Assembly (NCBI RefSeq): GCF_964204645.1
Contig: NC_134026.1
Span: 14,728,150-14,792,149, forward strand
Reading direction: 5' to 3'
DNA length: 64,000 nucleotides
DNA from: Tubulanus polymorphus
Lineage: Eukaryota; Animalia; Nemertea
A program made the translations under genes and the position numbers. Shown piece after piece: positions 60,052 to 64,000 of the stretch. The number at the start of each line of letters is the position of its first letter. The first letter of the stretch is position 1. The notes beneath the pieces are model-generated. The model did not search any database. It was not told where the DNA came from and saw nothing but the letters and a program-made list of their open reading frames with translations.

Positions 60052-62170
60052 GCTGGGGACACATTAGGCAATTTCGTCGAGCAACGAAATCGTCGGTAAA
60101 ATCACCTAATTTGTCAGGGTCTGCGCCGACTGAATCGCCCGAATCCAACACGTCCTTCGACTGAATCACCCAACGCATCATGACACGGTGATTGTTCGCC
60201 TCGAGCGCCATATTAAACGTTAAACCCTCCCCTTTTCTGACCAAGTGCCCTTTTGAATCACAGGTGAAAAATTACACCCTATGATCGAAGTGCACAAACC
60301 CCATACTACCTGTTCACACCGTGAGACCTGTATTGACTAGTGCCCTTTTCATAAGAGCTGAACCCTCGTTCTTCCTGCTTGGATCCGCCCCTGTAAATCA
60401 ACAACAAATGAACGCTAGCCATTATATATTGAATTCATGTACTTACGTATTATTTAGCTGACCCGGTTTGGGTCCAACTTTTTTCCTCATGGAAGACTTT
60501 CATTGCGTCGCATCCAGTCCAATGCCTTGACAATTAGTTCTTCTTTTAAATGAGTGGACGACAGCATGCATGCACCCAACAGTATTAGGTTTTCCGACTA
60601 ATCAGCGTATGGCAGCAGCTGTTGTATCATCCAATAGTGAGTAGGCATCCTAAAATGAGAAGAATTTACAATGCTCACGCTGTAATCTATACTAAAACCA
60701 TTTCGACGCTCATCTAATCTATTATGTAAATACCTGATTTTCATCACACTGACATTGTTGAGAAATCAGTGGAGAATTGAAGGCTCTCTCGCGCTAACAT
60801 CGTTTTCCAACAATCCCCTGGTGGACACATTTTTAAGCTAAAAAATGGGAATTCCAATTTTATAGTTTCGGTCTGGATCAATTCTTATTGGTGTAGACCC
60901 TATAAAGTTTGAAAAAAATGGTCAAGAATTGATTGCACTAACGTCGTTTTTGCCGACAATCGAAACTCCGACAGCGACCTAATTTTATGTCCAGCATACA
61001 AATTTAATGGCGATGATGGGCGCACAACAAAATCAAAATGATCCTGCGGTTTTTAGATTGGATGAATAAACACCAAAGAAACTCCATTTTTATCCCTCAC
61101 AATTGGAATGATCACTCACAATTTTTTTCACTGGACATTCAATCATTTAAGGCCTACTTTATAATAACTATAACTAATTCAAATTCAATTCAATACTAAA
61201 AATAAAGATTCTAGGCCTACAATATTTACTTAGTCATGTTAGTTTTCATTCCAATAAGCATATTCTTTTAGTGACCTTGTGGTGGCCTGAAGTCCAACAC
61301 AATAAACGTTTACTTTACTACATGTACATAACAATTGATCCACAGCTAGATTTTCGTAGTATTTGAAAATGTTTCGTAGTATTTAGAAATGTTCTTAATG
61401 TTGTTTCCGTATGCGTGGGGGTTACGTTAAAGCCGTCAGACAAGAACGTACTAGTAGTAAGAATTACGAAAGTTCTTGTTTGATGCTTTCATCTACCAAC
61501 GCAAACCATAAATCAGTCTATAAACAACAATTCTTTCTCGGTTCTTCTGCTGTGAGATCTGGCAAACATTCAGAAAATCTTTATATAAAACTTTTAAATA
61601 GTTGGAACCATATTTGGTTGGGTCAGAACAATGGAGTGTATTTATAATGAGGCTCGTGAAGGGATCACGCTGATATTTGATGATATTCCCGGCTACTTTC
61701 CGTAAAAGGAAAAACCGGAAGTTTAGGAAGATGTGGTTGTTTTGCTTATCCTGTGTTAAAATAGAATTAGTTAAATTGTTGATAAAATAATTAGTATAAG
61801 TATTTCAAATATTTTAAGAATTGATAATTAATCACAATGTATTCCGAATCGTAGTTAATTATAATAATTAAAAAAGAAACAATGAATTTGTACTGTAATT
61901 AGAAAAGGAAACAAAGTTTTGAAAAGATATTTAATTTGAGTAATCTAGATGTTGTTTTAGATGTTGTTTAAGAACAAATTGTTAATAATCGCTAATGTTT
62001 TAGAAAAATTAATTTGTGTTAAATGTTAAAACTAGCTGTCTGAAGTTTCTGTTGTCTGTATGCGCTCGTTGGTAATTCACAGACAATAGCTGCTCTCTCA
62101 ACAACGACTAGCAAGGAGTGAGTAAATCAAAACGCGTCATGACAGGAGGGTTGGAAGAAAAGAGAGGGAG

Positions 62171-62603
62171 GAGGGAGAGGGAGAGGGAGAGGGAGAGGGA
62201 GAGGGAGAGGGAGAGGGAGAGGGAGAGGGAGAGGGAGAGGGAGAGGGAGAGGGAGAGGGAGAGGGAGAGGGAGAGGGAGAGGGAGAGGGAGAGGGAGAGG
62301 GAGAGGGAGAGGGAGAGGGAGAGGGAGAGGGAGAGGGAGAGGGAGAGGGAGAGGGAGAGGGAGAGGGAGAGGGAGAGGGAGAGGGAGAGGGAGAGGGAGA
62401 GGGAGAGGGAGAGGGAGAGGGAGAGGGAGAGGGAGAGGGAGAGGGAGAGGGAGAGGGAGAGGGAGAGGGAGAGGGAGAGGGAGAGGGAGAGGGAGAGGGA
62501 GAGGGAGAGGGAGAGGGAGAGGGAGAGGGAGAGGGAGAGGGAGAGGGAGAGGGAGAGGGAGAGGGAGAGGGAGAGGGAGAGGGAGAGGGAGAGGGAGAGG
62601 GAG
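62171..62603. repeat. (GGGAGA)n hexamer microsatellite, about 72 units
   Basis: Direct reading. Confidence 0.99.
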
Positions 62604-64000
62604 GAGAGAATCTGTACCCTAGTAAGACGAGTGTCGACAGCAGGATAGGGGAAGCTTCGGAACGATAGGGATTCATATACAATAGGGATTAGGAAAATCA
62701 TTCTTTGTTCAAAGTAAATAAAATATATTATCTTCAAGATTATCATCCGGTATTTCAATTTATTCATTCGGATTTGTGCACGGATACGTTCTCTCGCCAG
62801 GGCCTTACTCAAGTACTTTATAGATAACGATTAAAGAGAGGATTGTGACCGGTGTATCACAATAATCATACCTGAACAATCCACAACGCGTCCTTTAAAC
62901 GCGGGATAATAAATGGCCTTCGACTTTTTCTGTTCCACTTCCATTCGAATCCACTCTAATGAATCTAATCATTCAATGATCCACTATGTGTTTCACCTCA
63001 AACAAAGAAGCGGTGTCACTTTAGGTCCAGTTGTCAATGATCCCCTAATATACATTGTCATCCATTAATGCGTTTTGCAATCATTATGAGAATATAATAC
63101 TGAATAGATCGTGAAAGCCTGTGAAAACGGCGTGAAAACGTGTTGCTTAACAATGGCAATATGGCTGCCACCGCGCAGGGGTGCTTGGGAGTTTAATTGA
63201 AATAGATTATTTAATTATTAATAAGTTTTACATCTGCATTTTAGTTCTTTTAGAATTTAAGAATAATCGTGATTAGTGATATTTAATTAGTAAAAAAATT
63301 ACTTATACGAAGTTATTATGAAGCTAAGGCAAAATCAATTAAGTAAGTTGAAAATAACGATTCAGTGAAGAAATGACGATCATTTTAATATACGCTGTAT
63401 TATAAAAATAGACAAAAAGGTGCATGAATAAGGCCTGTTACTATTTAATTCAACATTTAGATGAGATTATTTTGTCTAGGTTGTTTTTCTGTTCATTGAA
63501 AACCATTTAATCGGAGCTCGTCAGTTCATCAGTGAGGTTTTCATTTTAGTAGTGTTCCAAAATGGAATACAAATAACATAAAGGGTGCGATTCAAGAATA
63601 GGGGACTATAGCAATATATATGTAGTGATAGTAATCAATTAAGTAATAATATTAGTAATTGATAATGATGATATATATTGATAGTAATGTATATAGTAAT
63701 TAATGATGATTAGGGAACTAAACGATAGCGTATCTACGCGCCAACTCTTGGAACATACTCTATAAAGATCCGGGTGTCAAGTTTCAAATTTCTCTAAAAC
63801 AGACAATTTATATTCGGATAACAATTCAAATGACATCGCTCAAAAGTATTAGTAGCTATATTCAAAAACCGCACTATAGGTTGTAGAAGTATAAGAAGTT
63901 TATAGGATAAATAATAGTCCACGGACATCAATCACTGTTTACAAGTCACTCATAATTAGTGACCGATCGGCCACCTGCGCCTCTTGACTAATTTATAATT

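Noticed and set aside
58845-60840. Possible minus-strand exons of an unknown gene
   Set aside because: Splice-like boundaries are present, but there are stops and no recognisable domain; not supportable as a call.
62108-62812. ORFs encoding (RE)n, (SL)n and (SP)n
   Set aside because: Translations of the (GGGAGA)n microsatellite.

Overview
AT-rich eukaryotic, animal-like DNA (spliceosomal introns, microsatellites) made almost entirely of nested mobile elements; no conventional host gene is recognisable. In order: (1) the end of a Polinton/adintovirus-like element with an apparently intact protein-primed DNA polymerase B (runs off the left edge, absent from the ORF track) and a 408-bp fold-back terminus, inserted into a decayed Kolobok-type transposon (transposase 3' exons plus a P2X7-ballast-like partner); (2) further Polinton fragments at about 7.7-9.1 kb and 25.2-25.5 kb; (3) a CR1/L2-type LINE split by a 10.6-kb IS3EU-like DNA transposon carrying a spliced integrase-like transposase and a convergent SAM/ubiquitin-like/UBZ/HECT gene; (4) a truncated Sola1 joined to a 5'-truncated BEL/Pao element; (5) an unidentified gene with duplicated 45-nt micro-exons; (6) a full-length DIRS-1-type retrotransposon; (7) an 11-kb Polinton-like element with major and minor capsid genes, packaging ATPase and integrase but no recognisable polymerase, whose genes are preceded by a T-run/6-nt spacer/TAAATG motif matching poxvirus late-promoter architecture; (8) Helentron-like repeats, MITEs and simple repeats. 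The best candidate for a new system is this hairpin-ended, possibly bipartite Polinton-like virus that appears wired for a poxvirus-type helper transcription machinery. All family calls come from motif recognition by eye; no database search was run.
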